A DNA stretch of 55,728 nt, counting the filler, from Catajapyx aquilonaris (taxonomy: Eukaryota): NCBI GenBank assembly GCA_000934665.2. It is 4 parts of 4 records of this genome, joined end to end, with 100 filler letters (N's around TTAATTAATTAA, not from the genome) between each part and the next. Parts side by side here need not be neighbours in the genome. Positions count along the whole stretch, not along the records: positions 14,035 to 27,878 come from JYFJ02007972.1; 3 more parts are not named here. The stretch is one strand, 5' to 3'. This document shows positions 14,035 to 26,199 of the stretch, piece after piece; position 1 is the stretch's first letter, and each line of letters begins with the position of its first letter. The notes under the pieces were generated by a model, which was given only the letters and a program-made list of their open reading frames with translations, had not been told where the DNA came from and made no database searches. The position numbers and the translations under genes are program-made.

Positions 14035-14235
14035 TAAATCCTCCGGAGCGTCAACGGAGTGAATCATCTGGAAACGCACTGCCGTTAGGCGTGTTATAAA
14101 GTCCTGTACCCCTTCCTTAGCTTCTTGAACTACACTTCTAATGTCTCCTAGCAGTTCATTGAAATCTCTAACAACGCTAAACCGCTTTATAAACATTTCC
14201 CGGAAGGTTACCCAATCCTCAACATTCTTAAGACC
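14035..14235 (-). mobile_element. LTR retrotransposon gag fragment (Gypsy-like)
   Basis: LKNVEDWVTFREMFIKRF...QEAKEGVQDFITRL matches the retrotransposon gag W..F...F..RF and Q...E.V..F..RL pattern. Confidence 0.65.
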
Positions 14236-14552
14236 CTCCCTCCCTCCCTCCCTCCCACCCACCATCCCCAAGCCCTAAAAGCAGCGGCTCATAAACCATT
14301 CTCCCCTTTTCTCTGACGCCCCTACCCTCATTCCCCCAGCAACTATACCTTACCGCTAGACCAGGGGTTGTGCTCAGGGCCGGCCTTTGAAAGGGGCAAG
14401 CGGTATCCACGCCCCGGGGTGTACGATGCATATTGACATTTGGACGATAAGGACAGATGGGTTATCCCCCACCATTTACTACTGCCAAACAAAAACACGT
14501 GCGATTTTTTCACATATTTGGAATCTCCAAATCATTTCCCAGATATCAATAA

Positions 14553-14762
14553 CACAGCGCAACAAAAAAAAAATTTGGCGTGTTACTCGGAAACCACTAT
14601 GTAGATCATGTTAGTAGGACCCAATGTAGCTGGGAAACGCCCGGGATTTCTCTCCCAAAATGAGCAGGGGGTCAGGGTGACCAAAAATCCGAAAAATTCA
14701 AAATATTGACGCTTTTTGGCCTATTTCAAGGTTTGGCAACCACTGTAAGTTTCGGATTTGGT
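14553..14762 (+). mobile_element. DNA transposon terminus (CAC start after TWA; Chapaev3-like), copy 1
   Basis: About 210 bp nearly identical to 37278-37490. Both copies start CACAGCGCAA immediately after TAA or TTA. Confidence 0.55.
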
Positions 14763-14900
14763 TATAGTCTCGAACCATGCGCCAAGTCTTCATCCCATTG
14801 CTTATAAATTCTAAAATGAAATGAACCTGTTTTTAAATATTTATTAATTTTATTTTACAGCGCTGCCAAAAATAAGCAAAAAAAAGAATTAAAAAATTAT

Positions 14901-16177
14901 TTATTTGTGCGTGGGGAGGTGTCTCTCCAGCGCCGCCGCCCTGTTAAATGCCCTGCCACAAACCCGGCAGATTTGGCCACCGTCCACCTCCGTCCTGACG
15001 GCCACCTCTCCGCCTGCTTCACCTCGCTGGAACAATATTTCATCCACATTAATTTATTGGCACATACATGATAGATCTTAAAGACACATTCAAACAATCC
15101 GTTCTCGGCAGTAAAACGTGACAAATTTATAATGTAAGTGAATGAGGTATGAGTTGCAAAAATTTCCCAAAAGTATTGTTTCTATGAACATATTTTAAAC
15201 ATTGAATACTATGAACAATGAATACTACAATACTTGCCTGTTCATGAATGACACCTTTTGCCTGCTTGTCCGGTTCCCATCCGGTCCGGTTCCCCCGTCC
15301 GGTGTCCCATCTGCAATGACAAGAGGACCTCTGACAATTTTGGCAGCATATATAACAATATTCGTCGTAAAGACAAGGGATGTAAATCAGGCGACGTGTT
15401 TATTCATGTACAATATTTGAGCTACTACTTGTAAAAAACCTATTTTTTAAAATTATGCGGAATCTGCTGAATTCTGATTGGATCCAATCAAAAATCAAAT
15501 GGTCAAAAATATGTAGGCTCATAAAATAACTGGGGGGAAAAAAACTGACCATCTCCTGCCGCATCACTGTCGTCCCCGGTGAGATCAATCACCTCGTCTT
15601 CTAGGGGAGCAGCAGTTGTAGAAGTTGGCTGAATCAGCTTAGCAGGCCCGGCCACTAAGTAGCGGGTGCCTCTTGCACAGCGATTCACCTCCCTCACCGG
15701 TATCATCAGATACGCTGTCGCCTATCCAAAATATCACTCAATTAGTGCACATTGCAACAGAAGAAATACTGAGTTGGAAGACTGCATGCATGGTAGAGGT
15801 GTAGGCTATCTCATCAGGTACATTTTTAAGTAACCCGGGAAGATTTTTGAAAAGTATTCTTTTACAATACCCAACGATATGATCTAATGTGTAACATACA
15901 GTATATGAGTAGAGAGTGCTATTATTAGTTCCTTAGTTAGTGGCATTAATTGCAACTTTTACCAAGATCCTTTGTAATTTATATCCCACCAAAAATGCTG
16001 TCAGATGTTTTTAGATAGTGACTAATTATTTAGAAAGCAAAATTATCAATCAAACGAACCAGCCTTGGAAATTAAAAATATTAATTTTACCTGCAAGTGT
16101 ATGCTGTTAGTGGAATACCCGCTGGATTCAGCTCTGCCTCCGTCCCCATCAGATGTAGTTTCACCGCAGCTCATCAT
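14901..16177 (-). CDS. Predicted 4-exon small protein (about 146 aa) with SUMO-interacting motif and one C-terminal C2H2 zinc finger; possibly 5'-truncated
   Basis: Exons 16177-16091, 15721-15550, 15310-15255 and 15026-14901, all GT-AG and phase-compatible. Contains EDEVIDLTGDDSD and ends QICRVCGRAFNRAAALERHLPTHK*. AATAAA lies about 50 nt past the stop. Confidence 0.6.
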
Positions 16178-16184
16178 GTCCAAA

Positions 16185-16400
16185 TCTCTATCTCTATAAA
16201 TAAGGAAGTTTGTTTGAGAGTTTGTTTAAGAGTTTGTTTAGATGTTTGTCCCTTATAGAAATCCAGGGGAAGGCCCCTACACCGCCTTGAATTAGCATAT
16301 CGGGGGTTACTTTTTCCAAGGAATCTAACGCCGCATGTTTCAGCTTCCGAAAATGAACCTAACTCCCACAACACGCATATTCCCGAATTTCTCACTTCTC
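16185..16400 (+). mobile_element. Non-autonomous Helitron-like 5' end
   Basis: A|TCTCTATCTCTATAAATAAGGAAGTTTGTTTG... with GTTT repeats, typical of arthropod Helitron 5' ends. Right boundary uncertain. Confidence 0.45.
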
Positions 16401-16636
16401 AGGCCCTAACAATTAACTTACATAAACATCAAATAACAATATATCAATTCACATTCCCATGGAAATGCCCTTATGCAATAATACCGCCTAGAAAATTAAA
16501 GCATTGCCGTAAATTCAACGCATCCACCAATTACGCTAAATTGGCCACCTCACGTGAGTTCGTATCGTATGGTCATTCCGGGATTTTGTGGGATTTGCAA
16601 CTAGACTTCCAGACAAAAATAAGTACGATAAAATAT

Positions 16637-16840
16637 CAGTAAAACTTCCATAAGTCGAACTTCCCTAAGTCGAAGAAAATGATGAGCTTGGTTGGTCACA
16701 ATGTAAAATTAAAATAGGAAATAAACTTCCCTAACTCGAATTTATATAACTCGAAGTGCAGGCAGGGCCTTACGATGGGATATCAATGCATTTTCAGTCT
16801 CCCTAAGACCCCAAGTCGAAGTTCATGTTGGCGAGTATAC
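16637..16840 (-). mobile_element. Tc1/mariner (pogo/Tigger-like) MITE, partial inverted copy
   Basis: CAGTAAAACTTC terminus; reverse complement of the 3' parts of the copies at 18787 and 34521. Confidence 0.75.
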
Positions 16841-16854
16841 TGTATGCTCATTTC

Positions 16855-17120
16855 AAGGAGCTTTACAGGTAATCTGCATGCTATCCAGGCACCCAAACCA
16901 TCGCCACTGACCTGACTCTAAATGAAGCGATACAATCAAAACAAGCACTATAAAAAAATAAATTCGGTCTAAGAACCTATTCATTACCTCGAATTTTTAT
17001 TGAACGCACGCAGGAATGGGACGGGTTGTCCCATTCCCGCGTGCGTTCAATAAAAATTCGAGGTAATGAATAGGTTTTGCAGGTTGACATAATTAAGTAT
17101 ATATCAAAATCGTTGTCACT
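16855..17120. repeat. Repeat inverted relative to 18290-18510, with an internal near-perfect hairpin (16974-17076)
   Basis: Direct sequence comparison; stem about 49 bp, 5-nt loop. Confidence 0.75.
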
Positions 17121-18786
17121 CTCAACTTATTTGCGAGGATTTCAGCAAATTCTTCTGGTATACAGTTCTCAATGTAGATATTCCATATATTTTAACGTAT
17201 GTGTCATTTTATAATTAAACCAGACTACAACTTGGCCGGTAGCACTCCCAGATTGTTGCCTTATTCTTGCAAAAAAAAAGAGTCATGCTGCCGCAGTATA
17301 TTCATTATGGAGAGTAAGCGCACCCCACACATTGGAACGGTTCGAATCGGATAATAATAGACTATTGACCATTTGATCGATCGAAAACAAGTGTGACTTA
17401 GAGTTGACGTCACAGGGTCGCCGGTCGGGACCCCAACATTCTGCCCGCTGGGTGAAACATTTCAAAATGTCCTGTCTAATAGGCCCTTGACAGCTGCGGC
17501 ACATGGGTTCACTTCCATAAGAAAGGAACCCTGCTTGAGGCGCCCCCCCCCCCNCCCCCCCCCGTCGTTAGGAAAGGGGTAGGCTGACATGTGGTGTCAA
17601 TTTACTGGGCCACTAACTGGACACGGACGGAAAATATCAGCCACACTTCACCCCGGGCAAGCTATAGCATGAATATGAGGCATGAGTTCCATGAAATCTC
17701 CAGTGCTGCCAACGTAACATTTATTCGAGCAATTATTTCAGTAGTGGGAGGGCATGGAGGTCTAGTGGCTATATGCTACTAGGAAGGGAATTTTGTAAGA
17801 AATTTCACAAATCTGGCAACTAAATTCTTACCAAAAGAGCAATTCCACGGAAATGTCAACCTTGACACTACTTTAAAAGAATGTCACGACCGGAAGAAAA
17901 TATCTATGCATGATGAAAGGGCATATAGTAGGAATCAGATCATAATAAACTTTTGAAAAAGTGGAAGGGTTGTAAATTGCAACAGTGCAAGGTTTAGGAC
18001 CGGACTGGAAGAGGAGGGTCACTCTCAGATTATAGTCCAGTGCAAATAGCATATTACCTGGACATTTGGAGTTACTAAACTAAATTTGGGATATATGTTC
18101 AATTGGCCCCCCTGAACAATATCTGAAAGTTCCCAAGTGATCCCTCATGGGATTACCCTGCAATCCTGCAAAAACTGTAACATACCTGTAGTTTTCCTTG
18201 AACCCGCATAGAAAGTGAACGCATGGACTTGGACACTCATTTCTTTTTACTAATTACTTGTTTTGACGTGTGTTGTCATTTAGAAAAAAGTGCCAACGAT
18301 TTTGATATAAACTTAATTATGTTAACCTGCAAAACCTATTCATTACCTCGAATTTTTCTGGAACGCACGCAGGAAGGGGGCGGGTTTTCTTATAGACCGA
18401 ATTTCTTTTTTCATATTCCTTGTTTTCATTATATCGCTTCATTTAGAGTCAGTGGCGATGGTTTGGGTGCTTGGATAGCCTGCAGATTACCTGTAAAGCT
18501 CCTTGAACTCCACCCAAACGGACACACATTGTTGTATAAGCACGGGATGTTTTTTTTCAATTGAAGGGTTATCTGCAATAACCAGGTAAGTGGACTTGCC
18601 TGGTTTATAGGCTTTTCGCTTTAAAACGATGGAGAATATTCTTAACTACCTACTGCAGAGATCTCTAAGGCCTATGTGGCTCGTTTATGTGGTAAAAAAA
18701 GGCCAATCACACAAGCCTTGCACCTGTATCTGCATTGCCATAGAAAGCTGAAAGCAGGTCTGTCCATCTGTCCATGTGAGATAATA

Positions 18787-19331
18787 CAGTAAAACTTCTC
18801 TAAGTCGAATCTCCATGGGACCGGAAAAAACTTCGAGTTATAGAAGATTCCAGTGAGATAAGTTTGGCTTTTTTGAAGCACATAAGACATAACCCTATAA
18901 GGAAAACTAACCTTTATATCCAGCGAAGAAAGGTGTTCATAACTTAAAAATAACTGTTCGCCTGTTCCTATCACACTTACAATGTTACTCGTTGTTTTGG
19001 TGATCAAAAAACTCCATTATGGACATTTGCCTACCTCTTAGATTCAAGGATTCAATTGTCACAATCGAGTCAAACACTTCTTTCGGTACGTCTGGTAGAC
19101 GGAGATGAGGAAATTGAGCCTTTCTGTACATGTGGCCTACTCTCGACCCTTCGGCTGGGAAATGAGACAATTTTCCGTACTCGCCAACATGAACTTTGAC
19201 TTAGGGAGACTGAAAATGCATTGATATCCCATCGTAAGGCTCTGCCTGCACTTCGAGTTATGGAGAACTTCGAGTTATAGAAATTCGAGTTAGGGAAGTT
19301 TATTTCCTATTATATTACATTGGGACCAACA
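18787..19331 (+). mobile_element. Tc1/mariner (pogo/Tigger-like) MITE, 3'-truncated
   Basis: TA|CAGTAAAACTTC start; colinear and highly similar to 34521-35050; subterminal TTCGAGTTA repeats. Confidence 0.8.
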
Positions 19332-20439
19332 TCGCAGGGCCAGCGATCTGTCCCCAATTGCGCGTGCGATTGTCACGTCCCTAACGCTGGAATTGCTCAT
19401 TTTCTTCTATCGTCTCGTCCTTGCCCAATATACCAGAAAAAGAATGATTTTGACCATTTCGGCAAGTGTTAGATCAGTGACAAATGAGAATGTCACCCAA
19501 TCTCCAATCATTGTGATTCTCATATTCTTATTAACAACATTAAGATTATTTTAAAAATGCACGAGCAGCGTGTAATCAAAGGTGAGTCGTTTCAATCATT
19601 TATTAAAGTGTCGCGTATTATTTTATACAATCTACCATAGACATTAATGACATACGTTCTCTTACTCTCAACTAATTCTGAGAGACTATAATAAGTTAAT
19701 AACATTTGGCCAGTAAGCATGCTAGCAGGCATTAAAACGATGTACATGTGATAATAATTAACTCAAAAGAATAGCCTACAATTACGTACTTACTTTTATA
19801 TTCTCCCACGATGAGTCTCGAAACGGGGTTCCCAGCACACAGGTCACCAAAGTGAGATTGAGAAGCCACCTCGTTAGGTTCAAGGTGATGTGTCAGTCCT
19901 TGTTCCAGGCCTGTCGCAAGGGGGGGGGGGNGGGGGGAGCTTATTCCTATATCTTTCCTAGGGGCCGTGCTAATGAATGCACGGGTGTGCGCCAGATAAA
20001 CCGAAAATGGTCTAGAAAGCGTATAAATGAGCCATTCAGAGCATCAGAGGTTTTATACGTACTGTATGCTGCTTTTTTGGGCTATTAATTTTGTCTGCTC
20101 TTTTGGACCATCGGCCCGGACACGAGCAATATGTTCAACATTGTCAACCCCTTCCTCTTTCCCGACATTTATATAATAATCGTGGGGGTAGTGCTTTATC
20201 ACCTTACCGGTAGCTATAGCATGGACCTCAATTGTCCCCACATTGTAAGACTCGACTGAACCATGAACTAAACTTTAAGGCAGGGCACATACAAATCACA
20301 TGAGTCACGAATCTTCTTGGCCCCCCTGAAAGCCGTCTTTCCGTTTTCCAAATAAAAATAGTCCCCTTTCTTTAAGACCATGGGGTGATAGTAATTCCAG
20401 CAATTATCTATGAGACACAGTATGGTGAAAGGACGGTCC

Positions 20440-21181
20440 AAAAAGGGTTACATTCAGGGCTAAACATTACATGAGAAGAAGCCGGATCCCGCAACTTTAG
20501 TTTTAAACAATTTATATGTTCCGCATCGTTCCACTGAGACATGAGACCTGCTATCTCAATGTGATTCACAAATTGTAGTGGAGATTCCCCCGTTCTACCC
20601 TCGAAAAATTGAATTGCAACCAACAACCCCGTATTGAATTTGACTACTGCCGGTCTATCGGAGGATATTGTTCCAGCTTCTGATGGAGTACCTTCACCAT
20701 CATTCTGGCTCTGATTATTTGGGGGCTCCCCCACCTGTCTCTCATTCGGTCCGTTCTGCCCGTTATTCGCCATGGCTGCAACTGTCCGTGTGTTCTCGTC
20801 AATTACTCCTCGCAACAATCTCTCGGTATAACGCAAGTTTACTCTCTAACAATGCATGCTCGCGTTCCCACTCTAAACTTTCATTGGAACCCGATGTAGA
20901 CATATGTCTCCTACCATCCTAATCAATACAATATACACTACGCCCCTTAGGCAGAACCCCTATGAGCCCCAACGCACATATACACATAATAAATATGATA
21001 AACACCACCTTCAATCCAAACTACCACAACCATACCCCTACTTCCAACGTTCAAGATTTCAATTACGTTTAGTATTACTCAAAATTAAATGCAAATCCTA
21101 CCGGCTGCGCTAATTGTCGGACCTAGGCAGGTACGGGTCCGAATATAAGTTGGAGGGTATGTTGGTTCGGGTATGGTGACA
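20440..21181 (-). mobile_element. Gypsy-type LTR retrotransposon 5' remnant: short deleted LTR, tRNA-Ser-like PBS and decayed gag
   Basis: TGTCA...CGACA segment at 21181-21115 followed by PBS-like TAGCGCAGCCGGTAGGAT (21112-21095). Downstream gag-like IQFFEGRTGESPLQFVNHIEIAGLMSQWNDAEHINCLKLKLRD. Confidence 0.65.
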
Positions 21182-21706
21182 TTAAAATGTATATGACCGT
21201 TTCTGTTAATGCTTGTTTATTATGCGTAAATATTTTAATTTCCACCTACGAGTACGTCTTTGCTTCATGTTACAGTTTACATGAAGATATTAGCATTTTC
21301 TCTCTATCCCCCAAAATCACATAATTTGCGATTGAAAATTCTTACCTGTGTCTGGTGTCTAACCTCTGCCTGGGTGTCGGGATGTGCAGTCTCTCTCAAA
21401 TTATTCCTGGCGCTGCTTTTATAATGCCCGGTTTTTGGGTGGGGTTTACACCACGTGAGTATGCTAGTTCGGAGGTTTTCTATGACCTGGAACTGCATCC
21501 TTCATTATAGAGACAGGCGTATTCTCTGCTCCTGAACTCTAATGATACTTTTGAATGGTTTCTAGTACTTGAAATTCTTCAGATTTGCTACTGCCTTACT
21601 CACGTTATGCAGTTCCATACAATTTTGTTTTAATAGGCAGGATTACTCTATAATACTCAAGAGTATATCAAATGCTATTTTATATTGTAATTTAATTTTG
21701 TTTGTG

Positions 21707-21913
21707 TTACTTGTTATGCCGTATGCGGCATGACACTACCCAACCACCTTGGGACTTCCTCCACAGGTAGGGAGGCCGGTCTTCCCCCTTCCTTGTGGCA
21801 TAGATGCCGCAGGCGTTGCAACACCTCCTCCCTCCGCTGAATCGCCACTGTGTTGTTGTGGTGGTGCTGCAGTTGGAGCAGGTTTTCTGGGGTGCCCACT
21901 TTAAGATATTTCC
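21707..21913 (-). CDS. Isolated exon encoding a GATA-type zinc finger (C-X2-C-X16-C-X2-C)
   Basis: After acceptor CCTTAG the frame reads GNILKWAPQKTCSNCSTTTTTQWRFSGGRRCCNACGIYATRKGEDRPPYLWRK..., closely paralleling the GATA C-finger C.NC.TTTTTLWRR......CNACGLY......RP. This frame is absent from the ORF track. Confidence 0.65.
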   Translation of the reverse strand, partial: GNILKWAPQKTCSNCSTTTTTQWRFSGGRRCCNACGIYATRKGEDRPPYLWRKSQGGWVVSCRIRHNK

Positions 21914-21954
21914 CTAAGGTTGTGTTGTATGAATTTGCATCTCCCACCCTTTCA

Positions 21955-22907
21955 GTATGCTAGAACCTCACATCTGTCAACAATCTAAGTCAGTATTCAC
22001 ATATCCAATGATTTATTCACTACAAGTATCACAACATTTGCTCAAAATCGCTGCGAATATCACGATAGAGCATCCAGCAGTAATCGCCCATCATGCTTTC
22101 GTTTCAAAACCCTTGATAGCGATTTTCCATCAGTTGTATGTCTTCATTAAATCGTTCGCCTTGTTCATCACTCACTGGACCCAGATTTTCTGGGGGAAAA
22201 TCCAGATGGGAATGTAAAAAGTGCATCTTCAAAGACATGCGATATCCCTTTTTTTGATATGAATCGAGCAGCTCTTGAATGCCTGCTTCATATCCAGATG
22301 ACTTGTGATTACCAAGAAAGTTAGCGCAAACCCAAGTAAAAGCTTGCCAAGCTTCCTTTTCTTCGTCTGTGAGAGAATTTTTGAAATTCGTATCTCGCAA
22401 AACCTCTGTAATTTGAGGTCCGACAAAAACTCCTTCTTTCAACTTCGCTGCGCTGATTTTTAGAAATTTTTTTCACAAAATATTGAAGTCCATCCGAATT
22501 AGATTTTCCCATTGCTTTCACAAAGTTCTTCATCAAACCAAGTTTGATATGTAGAGGCGGTAAAAAAAATCTTTTGCGGATCGACCAAAGGAATATTTGC
22601 GACACTATTTCTTCCTGGCTCATACTCGTTCCTTTGGTCCCAATCTCGTTTTACATAATGTTCTCTTACAGCACAGCTGTCCCACAAACACAAGAAACAG
22701 CAGAATTTTGTGAAACCCATTTTCACGCCCATCAGCATACCAATCACTGTTAGATCACCACAGATATTCCGTAATACACATGATGCACGTCATCTCAAAA
22801 ACTAGACGTGCTACAAAAAAAACTGAGCACAGATTTGAAATCAGCGCAAAAAACTGCTTCTGGGCCACCTAAAATCGCGTCTGATGAGAAATTGCTGTTG
22901 ACCAGTG
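21955..22907 (-). mobile_element. Chapaev3 (CMC superfamily) transposon deletion derivative with frameshifted transposase
   Basis: GFTKFCCFLCLWDS, LVDPQKIF-PPLHIKLGLMKNFVKAM, KEGVFVGPQI, MSLKMHFLHSHLDF, SDEQGERF..DI..ME.RYQG, spread over several frames. Terminus CACTGGTCAAC at 22907 is flanked by TWA. Confidence 0.8.
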
Positions 22908-23439
22908 TTATTACACACCCTCTAAATCAATAAAATTATGGTAATGCGATGGTAATGTACTCAACTATTATAGCCGTACTAGGTTACATTTTCCTAACAG
23001 CCCATAATTATAAGGAATTGTTGTCATTTTCTCGCACACAAGCATTCAGAAAAATGTTTTATCTCGATTTTTGTGTTTTGGGAACTAATATGAACTAATA
23101 GAAATATAAAAAAAAAACTGTCTTGCTATCCTCTTGTGTTGGCAGAGGAGAGGTCAGCTCTTCATTCTCTGTCAAGAGAGGAGTGGTCTTTGTCCTGCAA
23201 TTAAACAACATGACCATAAAAACAATGTAACTCGCTATGTCCAAGACACTGGTGGGACATACTTTTTTGACGGTTATTTCTCTGGTTGGCGACAAAGAGA
23301 ATGGCCATTGGACATGTTTTGCAGCCTAGCTTATAGCATGATAATATTTATCAGTTTAGGCATCAATGTACAGTCATTGATAGTGCAAGTGACTCTGTAA
23401 CTATACATGTTGGGAGCACGTGCACCAATATTCTCAGTG

Positions 23440-23623
23440 GACCAAGAAAATCAGGTCGTCCCCTCGTGTGTAATAAACGTAGACAAAAAGCCCATGGTCC
23501 ATTCCACAGGCGTGGTGTAGCTGCTGTTGCCACTTGGTTGCCCAGCCCCTGCTTCTTCATCAAGTTCTTCGTGCAGACCAACTTATCCCTGAGCTGCTTC
23601 CACCAGCGTAGGCTATCAGGCTC
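23440..23623 (-). pseudogene. Decayed exon resembling the C-terminal half of a MADF (Myb/SANT-like) domain
   Basis: After TACAG acceptor: EPDSLRWWKQLRDKLV..., then after a frameshift PSGNSSYTTPVEWTMGFLSTFITH, matching MADF W..LRD / SG / W..M.FL...I. Confidence 0.4.
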
Positions 23624-23662
23624 TGTAAGGCTGGTCAGTTTATTTTATGAATATATTCTAAA

Positions 23663-23692
23663 CTAGCAGGGGACCCGTTCAACGCACGGGGT
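23663..23692 (-). mobile_element. Helitron 3' end
   Basis: Minus strand CCCGTGCGTTGAACGGG hairpin followed by TCCCCTGCTAG|T. Confidence 0.6.
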
Positions 23693-23764
23693 TTGATAAA
23701 TTAGAGAGAAATTTCTAGCATTGCCTCTACTTCGGAAGGGTTTCTTAAGTGTCTTCAGTGTCTG

Positions 23765-24010
23765 CGACTTGGAGATGTAGTGGGGGCGTGTTAATTGGAC
23801 CAGTTTCTCTGCAAATCGTTCCACGAAATCTTCTACAGGTTCAGTAACCGTCGTCAAAGTGGTCTTGTCTGTTGACATCCACTGCTTGTATGACACTTCC
23901 TCTACCTCAGGGAAGGTGTCCATAACGTCGTCATCATGGATGATTGCCTACTTCCCTGGACAGTTCCGACATTTTTCGGTCAACGAGTCATTCGTTTGCA
24001 TGAAAATATG
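23765..24010 (-). mobile_element. DNA transposase fragment, Sola2-like
   Basis: CRNCPG...VSYKQWMSTDKTTLTTVTEPVEDFVERFAEKLVQLTRPHYISKSQ; family assigned from recalled motif pattern only. Confidence 0.5.
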
Positions 24011-26199
24011 CCTCATGGTCAGATGTAGAGTACCGGTATCTTCAGATTGTGGCACAGTTTAATATCACTATGTTGTCACCTTGGCAGTTGGACGTCTGGG
24101 ATGCAACTCTTGCACAAATAACTTCGTGTAAATTGTGTATGATGTGTGAGGCCATGGGATTATTACTGGTCACGTTGTGTGTGACCACTGCCTCCTGTCC
24201 CTCATCACGCCTAATGGTGGAATTTTGGAATATCTATGTTTCCTGTCCAGACCACAGGGTAGTTGTGCATCCTCTGCGCAAGAAAGGCAACGTGATTAGC
24301 ATCAATGTTTGTCGCAGAATTGTGTCTGGCTCTCTCCTTGGATGAAATGTTATAATAAAAGGCAGCGCACGTTATTATTTCACTCCGTTCACATCTTGAA
24401 TGACTCACGTTGGCTCAGGTCGTTAATCTCTCGTGGGAGTCGTACCATCCCTGATGGCAATTGTGGGTGTCAGTTGAGCAGGCTAGTTTCATGCATTTCA
24501 CAAGTACGCTCATGATGGTTGGACCAAGATCCGTCAATTTCAAACTGTATTGGTTACTCATCATCAGTGTTTATGTGGTCCTGAAACAATGTGACCAGTG
24601 GAATAAATAAGGCATTAGTCCTACCAATTGAATATATGAATTCTTTTAAATGCTGTTTTTTATATTCCTGCCTTTGGGAATATAATCCTCCCATAAATCT
24701 TGCATTATACGCTCCCTCCAAAATGTGTGTTAACTCATAACATGTTGGGACTACTGTCCAGTGATGTGGCCAGAAAAGTGGACGCAAGGGGATATGCCGT
24801 GCAAAATACCATCGCCCACTGACATATGCAAATGCACTGGAAAATGTGTTTTAAATAATTATTATAAGTCGTCGTGCGAGTAATACAGAGGAGCTTTGCA
24901 AATGCCCCACTAGTCAGAATGAGCTGGCATGGCTAGCAGGGCTGGCGGCGCGACCCGTTGTCCGACAGTTCCATGGACCAGTGTTGAGTTTTACTTTCAC
25001 TCTAAAAATTATTATTGTGTTACACGATAATAAGTAAAATTGTGATGTGGGGTTAGGTTCAGTTAGCAAGTAATGCTAATGATTACTACTATATCATTTC
25101 TGTTGTGGCACTTCCATAAGACAATAATTATTCTGGTGGAACCTTAGTCGTACTGTTGCCTCAAGGTTCTCTTTTGTGAGCCCATCTTCACCAGCTGGCA
25201 GTAGCACTTCCAGAATGTACTTCCTGTATGAGAAATGTGTCTCCGCTGATCGAAGCCCAGTGTGGACTTTGGATTGCAGCCATCAGAGAGGGGTTGGGAT
25301 GACCATGTACTTATAAAAGTTTAGTGGGAAGTTTGGAAGGCAATCAAGGTTGTGTTAATTCATGTTTACTCGCTGGCCGCTGTGCATGAGGAGGCAGCGT
25401 CTGCGGCTCAGGTCTTGCCTGTGACTGCAATGGAAGAAGGTAAATTTGATTAATGTTAAGTTACATATAGAATGGCTACAAAAGTATCACATCTGCAAGC
25501 CGCAGCTGACACTGCATGGGACATTGCTGTTAGTGGAGAATAATTATTTTAATTTGGGCCCCTCGGAATATTGTACAGCTCCTCATTTTGCCCCCCACAC
25601 TTCCCCCTAGTTTTATAGTTATTTATGCCGTATGTATTTATATATGCCAGGTAAGCCCCCTTATATACATATCTAATACTAAAGTTATTTTATGGAGCAA
25701 CTTCCCAGCAAATCTCTTTTTCGCCTGAACTGCAAGGGCGCAGATATGGGGCCGATCTATTTTGTCTATTAGTTGATAAGTGTTTTATCAGTGATGAACG
25801 CCTGATGCAGGGTAGTGTGTGCGTGGTGGGTTTTAGGTTAGACTGTTGGAGAGTGGGTTGGGTTGTGCTATAGTGGTTTTTCGTTTGTTGGTTTTTGGAC
25901 TTCATTTTCTGTTTAAACAATGTGGTACATAGCTTTTGGACTGGGACTCTGTCTAGGATTTATATAAATCGGCTTGATTGATGAACCATGTGCCCCAGCT
26001 GTCTTGACGTATGATTCGACCGCCTGGACTTTGACTGTTGGTTGCCCCCGGACTGTTAGCTAGGCAAAATGTCTCCGATAAAGTATATTCAGAACGTGTG
26101 AGCAGTCTGGTTGGCATCCCAGTCAGACCTATGCTAACTCGCATGAAATGTGTGTAGGTCATTTTCATATTGGGCCTACATCACATGCAAGAGGGATGC

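Noticed and set aside
14035..20900. The two gag fragments as one split ORF
   Set aside because: They could be consecutive in protein terms, but no TSD or clean junction is visible and other retro-like sequence follows the upstream piece.
14553..22907. One 8.3-kb Chapaev3 element enclosing the C2H2 and GATA exons
   Set aside because: The two CAC ends match only loosely and the flanks differ (TAA versus TTA), so they are probably separate elements.
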